Part shown: positions 1 to 13,300 of the stretch, piece after piece
Numbering within the stretch: the stretch's first letter is position 1
Layout of the letters: the number at the start of each line of letters is the position of its first letter
Assembly: GCA_032718475.1 (NCBI GenBank)
Contig: JAUCBJ010007586.1
Coordinates: 1 to 36,388, forward strand
Source: Nemertoderma westbladi
Lineage: Eukaryota > Animalia > Xenacoelomorpha
DNA length: 36,388 nucleotides
Direction of reading: 5' to 3'
The notes under the pieces: model-generated
What the model was told of the DNA's origin: nothing
Seen by the model: the letters and a program-made list of their open reading frames with translations, nothing else
Database searches by the model: none
Program-made: the position numbers and the translations under genes

Positions 1-212
1 AATAATACAGTAGGCTTGACCGCAAATAAATTTAAGCCCACGAATCCAGTCTCCCGGTGTTATAAACGGGTCATTTGGACGCGCATGGACTGGCTTCGGC
101 TAATGTTTTTGGTTTGTTTTGTATTAAATCTTGTCATCTTATAAAAGGCAGTTTATCAATAAATATAAATTTCGGCAGGTTAAACTGCTGAAGGTCTATA
201 AAAGCGCGTACA
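1..212 (+). mobile_element. 3' part of a diverged LTR related to the BEL/Pao LTRs at 5658/16648, opposite orientation, cut by the window edge
   Basis: The reverse complement matches the LTR colinearly: GCGCTTTTATAGACCTTCAGCAGTTTAACCTGCC vs GCGCTTTTGAAGACCTTTGACAGTTTAACCTGCC; ACATTAGCCGAAGCCAGTCCATGCGC vs ACATTAGCCGAAGTCAGTCTATGCGC; AAGCCTACTGTATTATT is shared. It ends in ACA at 212. Confidence 0.85.
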
Positions 213-1394
213 AGTTCTGATAACAAATATTTTTCATTGAGGTCCGGTAGGGCTTGAGTTGTAGGAATTGGTAGCTCTCCTCTACACAGCACTATTATAC
301 TGTAATAATATTCGGTTCTATAAAACACATGATGAATAAAAAGTAGACTTAAATTCAACGTACAGTATATTACCCAAGTCTATTTTGTTTACATTGGATA
401 ATTTTAAATCTACAGAATAAGCTACTAGTCTACCGGTGAAGTGATGTTTATTGATGGTTATTGCTTGTGAGTTAAACGAAAGCTGATATTATATACTATA
501 ATCGTTTCGTAACCACTTGCAGTTACAACAAACAGACAAATGGTTGAAATTAGTCAGCCCTTGTCAATGCGTTAGAACATTAAATGTCCTTGTACTGTAA
601 TACAATAACAACAATGGCAATGGAGAATCGATATACGTTGAGATCATATGATGGGTTTAACTAAACTGTACAGGTACACTGCATAAAAAGTGGTTTATCG
701 GGCAAAACGAAACATTTTAACACATAAAACCATCCAAACTCATCAAAATAATATATATTTTATATTATCATTTCAATTTCAATGCTGGGTTTATTAATAA
801 AGCAATAAAGTGGAGACTAACCAAAAACGGAAAATAGCAAAGCGAGAAACTTTTTTCTACAGTATATTTGATTTTTTGTAGAAATTTCGCAACTCCCAGA
901 ACACAGCTTGTATGATTTGATACTCACTATCTTTTTCCAGTCAGCCCAGCATTATCGCGTTTCGGACTACAGTCGGCAAATGGCGTGAGTACGAAGGTAC
1001 AGTACGAAACTAAGTTACAGTAGGTACTGTATGAAGAAGATATACTGTAGATGATGGATGTGGAATTAATAACGAGACAGACATTGCAGTGGCAGGGAAT
1101 GGTGCATAATATTCAATGCAACAATAAATAATATCAATTCTGTATTCTTGTATGGATATATTGGGGTATAATTACTTTGGGGACCGACCTTTTATATACC
1201 GGTAGGTATACTGGGCAATTCCACAGGTTTGGAGACATTTTAGAGTAAACATAAACTCTTCATAATCGGTTAGAATTTATATCTCCTTTCTACAGTATAA
1301 TTCAAATTTACTAAAATTTTTTCAAATCTGGCAAAAAATTATAGTTTGGGGTACAATAACATCACTAAAATGTACTATATGTAAGACCATGGAA

Positions 1395-1510
1395 TACTAA
1401 ATATAGATATAATAACATCTAATATCTAATATAATATATAATAATATAATATATAATATAATAATAGATAATATCTATATTTAGTAGATAATATCTATAA
1501 TATTTAATAT
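1395..1510. repeat. Low-complexity (TAATA/ATA)n tract
   Basis: Directly visible, nearly pure A/T simple repeat. Confidence 0.7.
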
Positions 1511-1799
1511 TCCATGGTAAGACTTACTTGAGTTATAAAAATGAGTTGTCAAAAGGGAATAATTTAAAATATACAGTAGATATCTTTGTAAATTATTTGA
1601 GTATTGCCACAAAATAAATGCCATAAGAATATCAGATTTCGGAATATACAGTACTTGGACAAGCAACGTTTGACATTCTCTTGGTCACATACATAACTTA
1701 TTCAATGTATAACTTGATTATATTGTTTGTAACATCCGACACTTTTTTGAGCATTTTATTCAATAACTTTGTAGCTGTTACTTGTACTCGTACTTGTAC

Positions 1800-2925
1800 T
1801 ATAAGAACCGCAGTACTGTGCAAACCCTTAGAATACAAGGCATTTCACCCTGCAGATATTATAGAATTAGTCTCTTAACATCCAACACGTAACGTCAGAC
1901 ACCAACAGTGTGACGTCCGACGAGGTTATTACAGTATAAATATGCCGCTATTGATAAATCAGCATGGCTGTCATAATAACAAATCCATCCTGATTGGATG
2001 GCCTTTGTCATACTGTATAATGAGAACATGATGGGCTGTGAACATTCTGTGTGACTACCAAACAATGGAAAGCCGATTATGCTGACTTCCGGATCCATGA
2101 TCCCAGGTAACAGAGAGAGGTCGTCCACATGCTCAAGCATAACATCCTTTGAGCTTATTGTCGTCCGATCAGAGACTTGCTGAGGACTTTCAAAGTTAAC
2201 TGTCAAAATTTTGACCAACTTGGAGTTAACAAAAAGACCAACACTAGAACCACCCTCTTCTAATGAGCTGATGAGCCATTGGGCTACCTCTAGTGATTCT
2301 GAGAGTTACTCCTAAGTCACCCCCAGGGTCTAGATCAGTAAGGTACTTGGCAGGATTTCCTCGACTTCTGGAGCCAGTAGGTGGAGTTATCATGACCCCA
2401 TCATCATTATGATGATCTAAGGACATTCGTACAGTAGAACATAGTCAACCACAACTATAAATACGAATGGAGCAAGTGTGTCTCCCTGGAGGACTCCACA
2501 TAAAATTTCGCATGGATCTGGCTCATCATAAACAGTTAGACACAAATGTCGCTGAACCATCGTATACTGATCTGATTGCTGCAATAATTTCATTAGGAAT
2601 CCCATATAATGTAACTAAGCTGCACATACGTGAGCGAGAGACTGAATCAAAGGCCTTGAAGAAGTCAACAAAGATAACAGCCAGATGCCTGTCTTTCTTT
2701 TTTTATAATTCTTCAATTATCCGTCTAAGTGCCAAAATGGGCTCCATGTTCCCACGACCTTTACGGAACCCATTCTGATTTCCACGGAGCAGTCTCTCAA
2801 TGGGATCCCTGATGCGATTTAATAGAATTATATTGTATAGCTTTGCAGCAATCGAGATCAATGAGATTCCCCGAAAAGAACCGTAGAGTGTTAGGTTGCT
2901 CTTCTTCTTGGGAACTGGCACCAAC
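1800..2925 (-). mobile_element. Decayed RTE-like non-LTR retrotransposon, RT fragment
   Basis: Broken ORFs carry LINE RT motifs VPVPKK, FRGISLISIAAKLYN, QNGFRKGR, FVDFFKAFDSV and GVLQGDTLAPFVFIVVVDYVL, with several stops and frameshifts. The left boundary is approximate. Confidence 0.88.
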
Positions 2926-4223
2926 TTATTTTTTTTTCATTTTTTGACTGACTCTCGTCGTAAGTACAGTGCATGTCTACTGTATATGCAGTTATACTGT
3001 ATGTACTGTATGTACACTATATTATTGTGCTTGATGGTTTCTCTTTTCAATTAACTAAAAAAAACAACAAAAAATAAAGCATTATCTCTTATATTTAATC
3101 ATATATTGTACATTATTATCATTTATTATCATTAACATCCGACATGTAACATCCAACACCGAAACTGTTATCTTCATTGCCATAGTATTTCTTAAAACTC
3201 TGGTTAGGATAAAATGTTAGGATAAAAAAAATTTCAAATGCTTGATGAGGACAAAATAAACTGTATGAAATTTTCGTCAAAAAAGTATTGTTTTCAGCCA
3301 AGTATATATATATATATATATATACCAATTGAGGGAAAGGAGCAGGTTACAGAGGCGGACTTTTCTAACCAAAACAAAAAACGATCAATTTACCTATTGA
3401 GGGAATCCATATGGTCAGACAGTCAGTAGTCGCATGGTCAGACAGACGGTTGAAAAGGTCGGTCCCCAAAGTAATGTGACCCATATATTGACATGGAAAA
3501 ATGTGGCTAAAATTTTGAATAAAGATATCGTTGTAGGGTATACAGTAGATCGCTACTGTCACTGGGCGCCCGGAGTATCGCGATACACTGTACAGTACAG
3601 TATACACGTATATTCATTTTAAGGGATGTTTCACAGTTCTAGTCTATTTTTGAATGTGTTCAAGCATGGAGTACCAACTATTACTCTCATTAACAACACT
3701 GTCCGGTAGAAAGTTCCAAATATTTCTGGAAATACAGTACTGTACTGTAGTTCTAATTATAAAACGTTGCATACGTGCGTGGTTATGCGGGTAACATCTA
3801 CGACTACACGTAGAATGGCGTGACAAGGTAGTTAATGTTAAAAGTCTGAAACTGATCATATATGGCCCAATGTGTCGACGTACGCTTAACTACGCGTAGC
3901 CCTACGCTTAGGTCGGAAAGATGTATCCCATGAATCGACCAATTAAATAATAGCATAGGCCTAGAACTGTAGAAAGCTAGTCAGTTATTCCTGTATTCAG
4001 TTATTGCCACATCACCTTCTTACTTTTATCTGTACCGGTACCACTACCAGACTACATGATTACCAGGTAGTTCAGTACCAAATCTATTACTGTATTACCC
4101 ATTACTGTTGTATTACAATACTAAAAAATTAAATTAAAATAGGCTGATGATAGATTGGCCTTCTACCATCTACTGTTACATGTACAACGTTGACGGACTG
4201 ATCAAACAGTCAAATACAGAAAT

Positions 4224-4411
4224 ATGGCGATTATATTAACGATGATAGGTCGGATGGCCGATGGACTTCCACTTACAGCTTCTTTGGAGGATAACCAACA
4301 GTCTGGATATAATCTTACTCAGTTTCAAACTCAAGCGAAGATGCTATTCAAGAAACTAACAGCCTCATCACCGGCGAAGTGCAGTTTGGAATCTGGGGCC
4401 TATATTTTCCA
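4224..4411 (+). CDS. SEC22B: Vesicle-trafficking longin R-SNARE SEC22B, coding exon 1
   Basis: MAIILTMIGRMADGLPLTASLEDNQQSG...QTQAKMLFKKL...KCSLESGAYIF matches the SEC22B N-terminus. Phase-2 donor CA|GTTAGT at 4412. Confidence 0.95.
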
Positions 4412-5657
4412 GTTAGTTAAAATTATCGTTACCCACCGTACACAGGTACAGCTGTACAGGTTTGCCGACTGCGCCGGCACCAGGCCAGCCTGGAAAAAGT
4501 CACCCAGGCGCGCACAACGCCCGCGCACTTCATTGCCAACCGCGCATTCCCATATAGAAAAATCGCGCACCCCAAGAATCTTAACCGCGCACCCCAAAAA
4601 TCTCAACCGCACACCCAAAAAATTCAACCGCGCACCCCCAGACCCCGAAAATAAAATGTAGGATAGGCCTACTGTAGTTTAAATTGTGCGAGACTACTGC
4701 TACGACTACCGCAAGCCTGACACGGGACCGGTACAATTTAGTAGCAGACTGATTGCTGCCCAAGCCCAACGAAAATCGTATAAATCGTAGGCCTACTTAC
4801 TGCAATACTGTATTACACATTTATTTCAGTATTTATCTTTATTTTTCCTTCTTCTTAGCCACATTAGCACCTTGGAGTGCTGCCCTGCCAACATACTGGC
4901 GATATCTCATGGCTGTCGGAGAAGTGGCTGTCGAGAAAGTTTAGAGTATTTATTTACATGCAATCCCCTCGACTGCTCGCTCTATCTGGGCACCAACAGG
5001 CGGTTTATATTTAAAATTGTATGCCTACAGTATATTTCTCTAGTTCAATTTTGGAATAAAAAATTTCATTGCGAAATCTAATAACTATTTACATACATGT
5101 ATAATGCGTACATGGAGTTCTTGGAAATGCTGCGACGAGAGTAAGTACGGAAAACGGAAATAAGGTAGCATAATGTAATCAGGTCATACTGTATGTTTAG
5201 GTTAACCGATCACAGTTCTGAATTAAAAATGTAATGTTCTTAGCAGCTTAGTGGAATGATATACTTTTATTTGTTTATTTAAAGGTCAGCAATAATATTA
5301 AAGGTTTTAAAAAGAATATTAGAGAATTTCAAAACATATTTTCGGCCGAAATTTCGGCCGAAATATTTTTTTACATTTGTTCAGCTCTTTCATTTGATGT
5401 CATTTTCGGCCGAAATTTCGGCCGAAATATTTTATTACATTTTTTCAGCTCTTTCATTTGATGTCATTTTCGGCCGAAATATTTTATTACATTTTTTCAG
5501 CTCTTCCATTTGATGACATTTTCGGCCGAAATTTCGGTCGAGATTTCGGCCGAAAATGACATCAACTGAAAGAGCTGAAAAAAATGTAACAAAATATTTC
5601 GGCCGAAATTTCGGCCGAAAATATGTTTTGAAATTCTCTAATATTCTTTTTAAAACC

Positions 5658-6850
5658 TGTTTGCGCTTTTGAAGACCTTTGACAGTTTAACCTGCCAAAT
5701 TAGGATGTCTTTTAGATGATATATAGTCTTTAGCCTATGACGAGTATTTGATACACTACATTAGCCGAAGTCAGTCTATGCGCAATCATTCACCCGCTGG
5801 ATATACCCGGGAGACGGAATTCGGAGCTTAATGATTGATGGTGTAAGCCTACTGTATTATTCGACTGATCGTAATATATAATCTCTGACAAATATTATTC
5901 ACTTTCGGGAAATATTAACAGTTCCTTTAGGACGTGGCGCTCTAATTATGTAAACAGAGTTATGACTTAAACCAGACGCAATGAGATGGCTATAGATTCA
6001 CGTATATGGCGCATTCTTTAGGAGATGCTTTGTTATCAGTTACAATCATACACAATGCTGCACAATGCTGCACACCAATCTGCCGACCTTCACTAATTTT
6101 AGTCACATACAAAGAGAATAACAGACAATACATGTAGGGCCTATAAAATAGCATTAGATTCACTTCAAACCACTTAACATAGGTCGCAATCGTTTATCTG
6201 TAACCGGTCTCTCTAACCTTTAGTATATCAAGAAGGTTGGGTGTCTGACTATTGATCAGTATTCCAAATATAATCTTCCATCAACAAATATAATGAATAA
6301 TCGACAGCAAAAGCAGTAATGTTAAGTAAGATATGCATGATATGTTTAGTAAGCATTGAATTGCATTGATAAGGTAACTCGATTTGCATTGGTATGGTTA
6401 GGTAAGATAACAGATATACGTTCTATAATTAAGCCTACTAATGTAAGACTAAAGACTGAAACACGGAGGTGCCAAAAGCCGGTGTTCTTAGGCTCTGGGC
6501 AAAAACATAACACTGAATTCCTGAGTTTCTGTATCCACCTCCAACACAGAGACAAAAAACGCTCTGATTGGTCGACCGAACAACGAGAGAACAAAGAAAC
6601 AAAGAAATGTCGACGTGGCAATATCAGCTGTTAGCCGTCGTCATGGTAGCGACACTGTTTTCAAGAGTATCGAGCTTATTGCGTCCCGAAATTGCGGATT
6701 ATGTCCTCTAAAGTACAAATACAGAAGAAATGGCTTTTATGTCCTCTAAAACACCAGTACAGTAAGGACACGGCCTTTTTATGCCCAGCAAACCAACTAC
6801 AGAGTACTTTACGGGGAAAATAACCGGCTAATTACGCAAAAGCTTTTACA
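5658..6850 (-). repeat. 3' LTR
   Basis: Direct repeat of 16648-17840 at offset 10,990. Three substitutions seen by eye (near 5853, 6419, 6465). Confidence 0.97.
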
Positions 6851-6858
6851 CCGCTCCC
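6851..6858 (-). other. Putative short polypurine tract
   Basis: GGGAGCGG on the minus strand directly abuts the 3' LTR. Confidence 0.55.
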
Positions 6859-6928
6859 AGAAAATGGGATTTAAGTCTATAAAATATAACAAATCACAGT
6901 TTCTAAAATATAAAGATACTCTAAACAG

Positions 6929-8460
6929 TTAGTCTTTCTTACGCAGACGGCGTTTACGCAGTTTTTTGAGGCTAGCAAGAGTCCTTTTCTCTTTGGGGCG
7001 AGCCACTTTACTAGGAGGGCTATAAATCCTGGGTGAAGGGTGCAATATGATTGCATCAGAAGGTGTAGGATTATGGTCGGGGTATCCGCCGTTTCGATAT
7101 GCTTCTCCTCGAGCTGATTTTCCTCCGCTCGTAGCTGGATACGTCCATCCAAAACTCTCGCAGAGAATGGGGTTGTCTAAGTTCGATATCTTCTTAGAGA
7201 TTCTGGATTTCACAATCGAACTGAGATAAAGACAATTCGTTTATCGCTTGGACTTGCTGTTACAACTTACGTTTATCTGAACAAACGCAGGTTTCCTTTC
7301 TGATCTTTGTAGAATAGCGTTTAACTCGTTTGGTACAACGCTCTCCGCCACTTTGGTGACAGGTTATATCGTGTTAAGCCGGGACGATGGTAAGGGTTAA
7401 ACGGCGATATTAATGTCCGCGTCCCAATCCGGCTAGGTAGAATGGGCTAATATCTAGGAAGCCCACAACTAGGGTGCCACCGACTAATTTTTTCAGGTAA
7501 CCCTAGATCTTTGAGCAGTGAGTACAGCTCGGGAGGATCCGTCATACTAATAGGATCAAGAGTCTGAAGTCTCACTAGGGAATGAGGAGTTCTGATCGAG
7601 TATTCCGAAACTCTGATCATTGGTTTATTTAAGGATCGTCTGAGTCGAACGAACGTAGGTGATACATCGAACAAGTTTCGCTCGAAACTCCCGTAAGTAT
7701 AGCGAGTAAAACCGGGTTTAAAGCAACGTCTCTACAGATGTTTATGTCTTTCCGTTTGTGGGTTGGGTTTAGGGCATTCCTCGCAATAATACCAAAAACG
7801 CACGTCTTGTAGGGGAAACGCGAGTGATCTTTCTCCAGCTTACAATATTCCTCCATCCGTTCGAAGCTATCCGATACAACAGGTAGCGATCGATCGGCGG
7901 TAAGATACATCATAGTGGAATAGAGCCGTTTGAGTCCTGCCATGCGGTCATGATGTATACCTTGAGGATATCGAGTTTCTAGATTCTGTTGACTGGTAAT
8001 ATCGAGATAGGTTTCTCTCAAGAATTCCAGGTATTTGGTGAAGTCGCTGCATTTATCCGGCTCTTCGACATCTGCACTTTCGAGTCGGTTTCGAATAGAA
8101 TTTTCGTGTTCGAGTCTCAGTTTATCGTTCCGCTTCCGCTGGGTATGATATTTAAATAAACCATTTCCCTTTGGTGTCTATATCGTTCGTATCGTGTAGG
8201 TCAATAGGATGACCAGTAGTTAAGAAGTCCATATACGTACCATTACGATGCGTATAGCGAGCGGTGAATTTTCTACAGTCTAACCCACGCGCAAGTTGCT
8301 CCCGGGACATTGGCGGTTAGATATAACGACCATCGTCCTCCGTAGTAGTTGGACCAGCGTCGCCGCGTATCAAGCTATCAACAAATGCTTGTAAAGGTAG
8401 AGTATATCGTTCCCTGATACCAAGATCATCTTCTATCAACTCAATCATATCTGCTATATA
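6929..8460 (-). pseudogene. Decayed extra ORF of unknown function between pol and the 3' LTR
   Basis: A chain of same-strand, protein-like frames broken by stops and frameshifts: MIELIEDDLGIRERYTLPL..., ...DFTKYLEFLRETYLDITSQQ..., ...LDPISMTDPPELYSLLKDLGLP..., ...KRTLASLKKLRKRRLRKKD*. Confidence 0.55.
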
Positions 8461-9224
8461 AGTTTATCCATATTATAATGAGTTTATATTTAGGCGAGCG
8501 GGCGTCGCTGCCTACCCCTCTCTGCCCCCGGACAGTGCGAGATCCTCAGCGCTGGTGTACTTTCGCCGATGTGCCTATCGCCAACGTCGTAGCTGCACAA
8601 CGACTATAACAACCAGCACGAGCCACTCCACCGTCCGTCCCAAAGGCTTAGATATACTTCAGGTTCTTACTGGAGAGTTAGGGTTACTTTCACAATTGCG
8701 ACTCGCTACTGTAAACACACCTTAGTAGTAACATTCACCTACAAACGCACAAATTCCACGTAACAGTCACAAATGGTACACATTCTATCACACATTCGGG
8801 TCATTTGTCCGTTAGTCAAGTGCCTTCCAGAATGTCACGTTGTTATTATGTATTCTTGGATACTAGCGGTGTGCTATTTATTCCGTATGCTATTCAATGC
8901 CCAAGCCCTTTATTGTTCTTTTAACTCACTTCTAATTCTAGCGTGGTTGTTGCCATGGTGACATTATGGAAAGCTAGCGGTAGAATTAGGGTAATTCTCA
9001 TGCATACAGATCTGGGGTGCTATTTAATAGTAATTCTTTAATTGTCAATATCCTCTCTATATATGACACTTAATATAGTGAATCTCCGCTCCCATGATCT
9101 ATTAATTAATGGAATTTTGGGAATGTTATAAATTGTATAAAAATGACAATTTATTAAATTCATTAAAATATATGAATTTAAATTTATTCCCGTAAATTTT
9201 ATTATTTAATGTTAAATAGACACA

Positions 9225-9525
9225 ATTTTATTCCAGAACGTGTCTGGGAACTGGGATCCTTGATTCTAGGAATTTTGTCCTTTTAAGAGTATCGGTAAGT
9301 GCTACGATATCTTGATCGACTAGAATGTTAAAGGATCTAAAATTTGACAGATTTTGTAAATATTAATAATTAATATTTAGGATGGGCACCAATTTATTCC
9401 AGAACTTGTCTGGGGACGTTAACCACTGATTCTAGAATTTTGTCTTTCAAGTATATCGGTGGGTGCCGCGATATCTTAATCGACTAGAATTACAGATGGT
9501 CAAAAGGTTTAACAGATTTATTTGC
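9225..9525 (-). repeat. Two diverged 166-bp-spaced repeats, each folding into a long hairpin
   Basis: TTCCAGAAC starts at 9231 and 9397. Nested stems are kept in both copies despite sequence change. Confidence 0.75.
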
Positions 9526-10034
9526 GTTTCACGCTACTGTTAGAGGGACATCACGCTACTATATGTATTATTTAATATACGGTATGAGAGCAATATCGCA
9601 CGAAGCAATGTCAGTGTGAAGAGGCAAGTCGTTTCCAAGGTCTACCCAGAGCTTGGTTTAGCCGAGACACGAGGATCTGAACTTTGCATTCCTAATACTC
9701 TGCCTACCAATAATACTTGAATATAGTAGTGGCTTTATTGTACTTTAATAAGTACGGACATTTCATCTTACTGTAGTTACGTATTTATAATATAACACGG
9801 ACAGTAAGGAAAGAGAAAAATACTTGTTTCTCACCGTCACACTAAATATAATATAAGTAATTACGTACGCAATAAACACGAATATATTGCACTATTCTAC
9901 TAAATAATCGCTAAATAATATTCTACTAAATTAAATAAAACGATTATAATAAAATTACATAGTAATACATACAGAAATATAAAAATAATAAAATAATATA
10001 AAATAATAGAGTCACACACCCACTCCATATGTTG

Positions 10035-10346
10035 TTACGTTATGGAGTCCCTAGATGTTTGAAGGATTAGGGAGGTGGTCGTGGGAAGAGAATCTTGCCT
10101 TCCACAGTTTCCGGAGAGTCCTCCATTCCCTTCCGGTAAACACAAACGACCGACTGGGTGATTGAGTCGCTGCATCCCGAATACAATTCCAGGTTTCCTC
10201 TTCGTCCTGGAATAGTGACGATAGAAACATCGCTCTAGGTACACGACGGCCTTACAAAGCTGATTCCAGGAGCTATATAGTGGTCCGTCGCTCCCTGCAG
10301 GAGAGGTGAGAGTCCCTGCGAGACGTCTGATGTTCCAGAGCTCCAA
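10035..10346 (-). pseudogene. Frameshifted pol remnant (segment after RNase H)
   Basis: LYSSWNQLCKAVVYLERCF resembles the BEL/Pao xSSWxxLxRxxAxxxRF segment. It lies in a different frame from the long ORF. Confidence 0.6.
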
Positions 10347-13300
10347 TCGCTCTCTCTGATCTTCATGAAGGATCCACTCGCGGTGGGGAGGTCCAGATCC
10401 ACGGTGTCGTCCCTGGCAATATGTAATACCGACAGATCTATCCCGGGTTCAAATAACTCCGATCCACCCGTTCGGGTTTTAGGTTTGACTTTCTCCGCTC
10501 CCTTGGCTGGTCTAATCTCAGTCGGAGTAAGATGGGGAGGCCATTCATCCTCCTTACTCAGGAAGTCGGGTTCACCTAACCGGTCTGTAGTATCTGTCAG
10601 TTCTTGAGGAGTTGCTCCTCTGGAAGCGATGTCAGTTGGATTAAACTTCTTGGGGCAATATCTCCATTGATCTACATTGGAGCTAATATCGTCATTATCT
10701 GAGGAGTATGGTGTTCCCTCAGTTGGGTCGTCTCCCTCACTAGTATCATCTTCCCATTCACTCACCTGGCAGACGCGATCTTGAAGCAGTCTTTCTCTGA
10801 GCATTCTTCGGGAAGGTCCAGTAAGGTACCAACCTACTCTAGTTCTTACCGCATAGGTCTGAAGTGGTTGCGGTTGAGCAGGTCGTTTCTCCAATGTCTC
10901 CAGCGCCTCATGCGCGTTTTGACCGATTAATATTTGTACTCCAGGATAATCAGTGTCGAATCTAGGAATGTTAAGTTGTTGGGCATGATCATCTTCGTCC
11001 CAATTATAAGGTTCCACTTGGGTGGTAGCGAAGTTCTTTATTGCCACCATTTTGACTGACCTTATACTGTGTTCTCCTAGTTTATCCTGTGGAGTGGACA
11101 ACTCACCTATATAATAGTCGGCAGCCACAGCAGATTTCCAAACCTGCATGATCCCTGACATGTTTAGCTTGGTTCGGAACTTGGGTTGTCCAGCAAAGAT
11201 GTCTTCGGCTAGTTCTTTATCGATGAATGTTCCTGTGCTGCTGGAGTCCAGGAGGGCGTTCACTATATAGCTCTTCTGAGGTCCGTGGACCCGTAACTGG
11301 ACTACAGGAAATTCTCGGATTCCTACATTTGAAGTTGGCGCTTTCCAAGATTGTTGTTGATCTGAAGTAGTTAGGGTGAGGTCGCTGTCTGTGTCTTTCT
11401 CATACATGAGTGCTCGATACACTGCGGTGGTGTTTATTAAGTAACAGGATTCGTTTTGGTCGGAGAATTCGTCCGTATAGAATCCTTCCATCTCAGAACT
11501 TTGGTCAGTGTCGTTCACATCACTGAATTGGACATGTAGTTGTTCGGACTCACTTACCTGACTCGGGCTGCTTCGTTCGAATTCCGTGTGCAACAAGATA
11601 TGATGTTTTGCGCCGCACTTTGCACACCTTACGTCGGAGTAACAGGTTCGCCGTTGGTGTCCTCGTCTGAGGCAATTATAACACAACCGCTTATCCCACA
11701 TGACTTCACGTCTGTCCTTTAGTGATTTCCTCAGGAATTCATCACACGCACTTAAACGGTGGGGCCCATCGCACAGCACACATTTGGGCTTGATGTTACT
11801 TACTTTAACATGTGCTGTGTGGTGCACGTTCGTTCTTTCCTCGGGCTTTCTCACCTGAATTCTCTTGGGAGACGTAGGAGGAGTTTTTCTTACCTGTTCT
11901 CTCCTGTCATTGGTTCGAGACTTGAATTTACTTACCTGGTCTTTAGGCGTTTTATTGACATAATAAGATCTTTCAGTGTCTTTCCCGCTATCCTCTCCTT
12001 GAGAAGTCTGGCTTTCGCCGTCGTCTGTATAACACACTGGTGTTACCCTTCTCCTAGAAACGGATTTCTCACTTACCTTGTTTTCCAGTGTCTTCTCTCT
12101 GGACTGCCTTATGAGCTGTAATTTCACTTCTCTATCTAAGAATGACATGAGATCAGTCATGGTAGGGTCTCGTCGTTGTTGTTCCATCATATATAACACT
12201 TTCTTATCCCAGCGTGTACCTACTCCACCCTTCGGTAAAGTAGAAGCCACTGCTCTAATAACCATAGCACTCTGATACTCATGAGACTTACCTAGCCAAT
12301 CTAATTGTCTGCAGATCTCCTGAATTTCATCGGAAAACTCTATAATCCCGCTGCTAATAAACTTTCGGGGCGCTACCAACTTTGCATACAAATACCCAGC
12401 TATGTTATTCCTATTACCATACCTGATGTTTAGTGTATCCCAAACTTGTCTTAATCCGTCTGGATGTCCAATAAACTTTAACGCCATTAACTTGGGAGAT
12501 CCTTCCAAGCACTCGATGAGGAATCTAAGTTTCTCTCCATTAGATAGCACAGAGTTCTGTATGTTATCTTTGTAATATTCATTAAAAGGTAACCATTTCA
12601 TCTCATCTCCATTGAACTTGACGATCTCTCCCACCTTTACCGCTTGCCGGGCTTCGGTTCTAGCCATTTGACGCGTAAAACTTTCTTGGGCCATCGTGTT
12701 ATTTAATATCGAGTTATCGGTATATAAATTTCTCGGATTATGATCCGGTCTATAGGGAATATCATTATCAACAGGTCTATAATTACTCTTAATAGGGTTC
12801 ACTATAGGAGTTTCTACTTCGCTAGCAGTATAGATGCGTGTAGGCTCCACACCTTGCGCATGAGATACTTCAGACCTAACAGGTTGACACATTGTTACAG
12901 GGGGTGGTGGTATACCCTTTTGTAAATTTACTAATTTATCACGTTCTAGCGCGATATTTTGCTGCACTTCTTGCAACTCTAACCTACTTTCCTTTACGGT
13001 TCCCTTTAACTGTTGAACAGTCCCTTCTAACTCTCGGACCTGTTGGGAGGAGCGCATTCGATTCTCCTCCATCTTTCCGAGGAGAATGTCCATCCCCCGC
13101 CGTCTCTCGTCCACCCAATCAACCGCCGAAGCGGGATCCGCCAACGTCGTAGCGGGCAGACGAGGGACTACGGGCGATATATCCTTTATATTTCGCTCGG
13201 AGTCCAGGACCGACACTGTTTCAAGGGCTGTTCCTCTGGGCACAGGTAACTTGGTACTGTGCAAAGGGAATTTAAAGGCAGGTTCAGGGAGTACAGGTGT

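Noticed and set aside
134-358. 74-aa ORF with a superficial AMP-binding-like ending
   Set aside because: That part overlaps the diverged LTR, so the resemblance is coincidental.
4412-4661. C-terminal part of the 145-aa ORF at 4224
   Set aside because: Read-through past the SEC22B donor into intron and transposon sequence.
6346-6634. Duplicated 91/92-aa ORFs (also at 17336-17624)
   Set aside because: They are duplicated only because they lie in the LTRs, and show no recognisable protein features.
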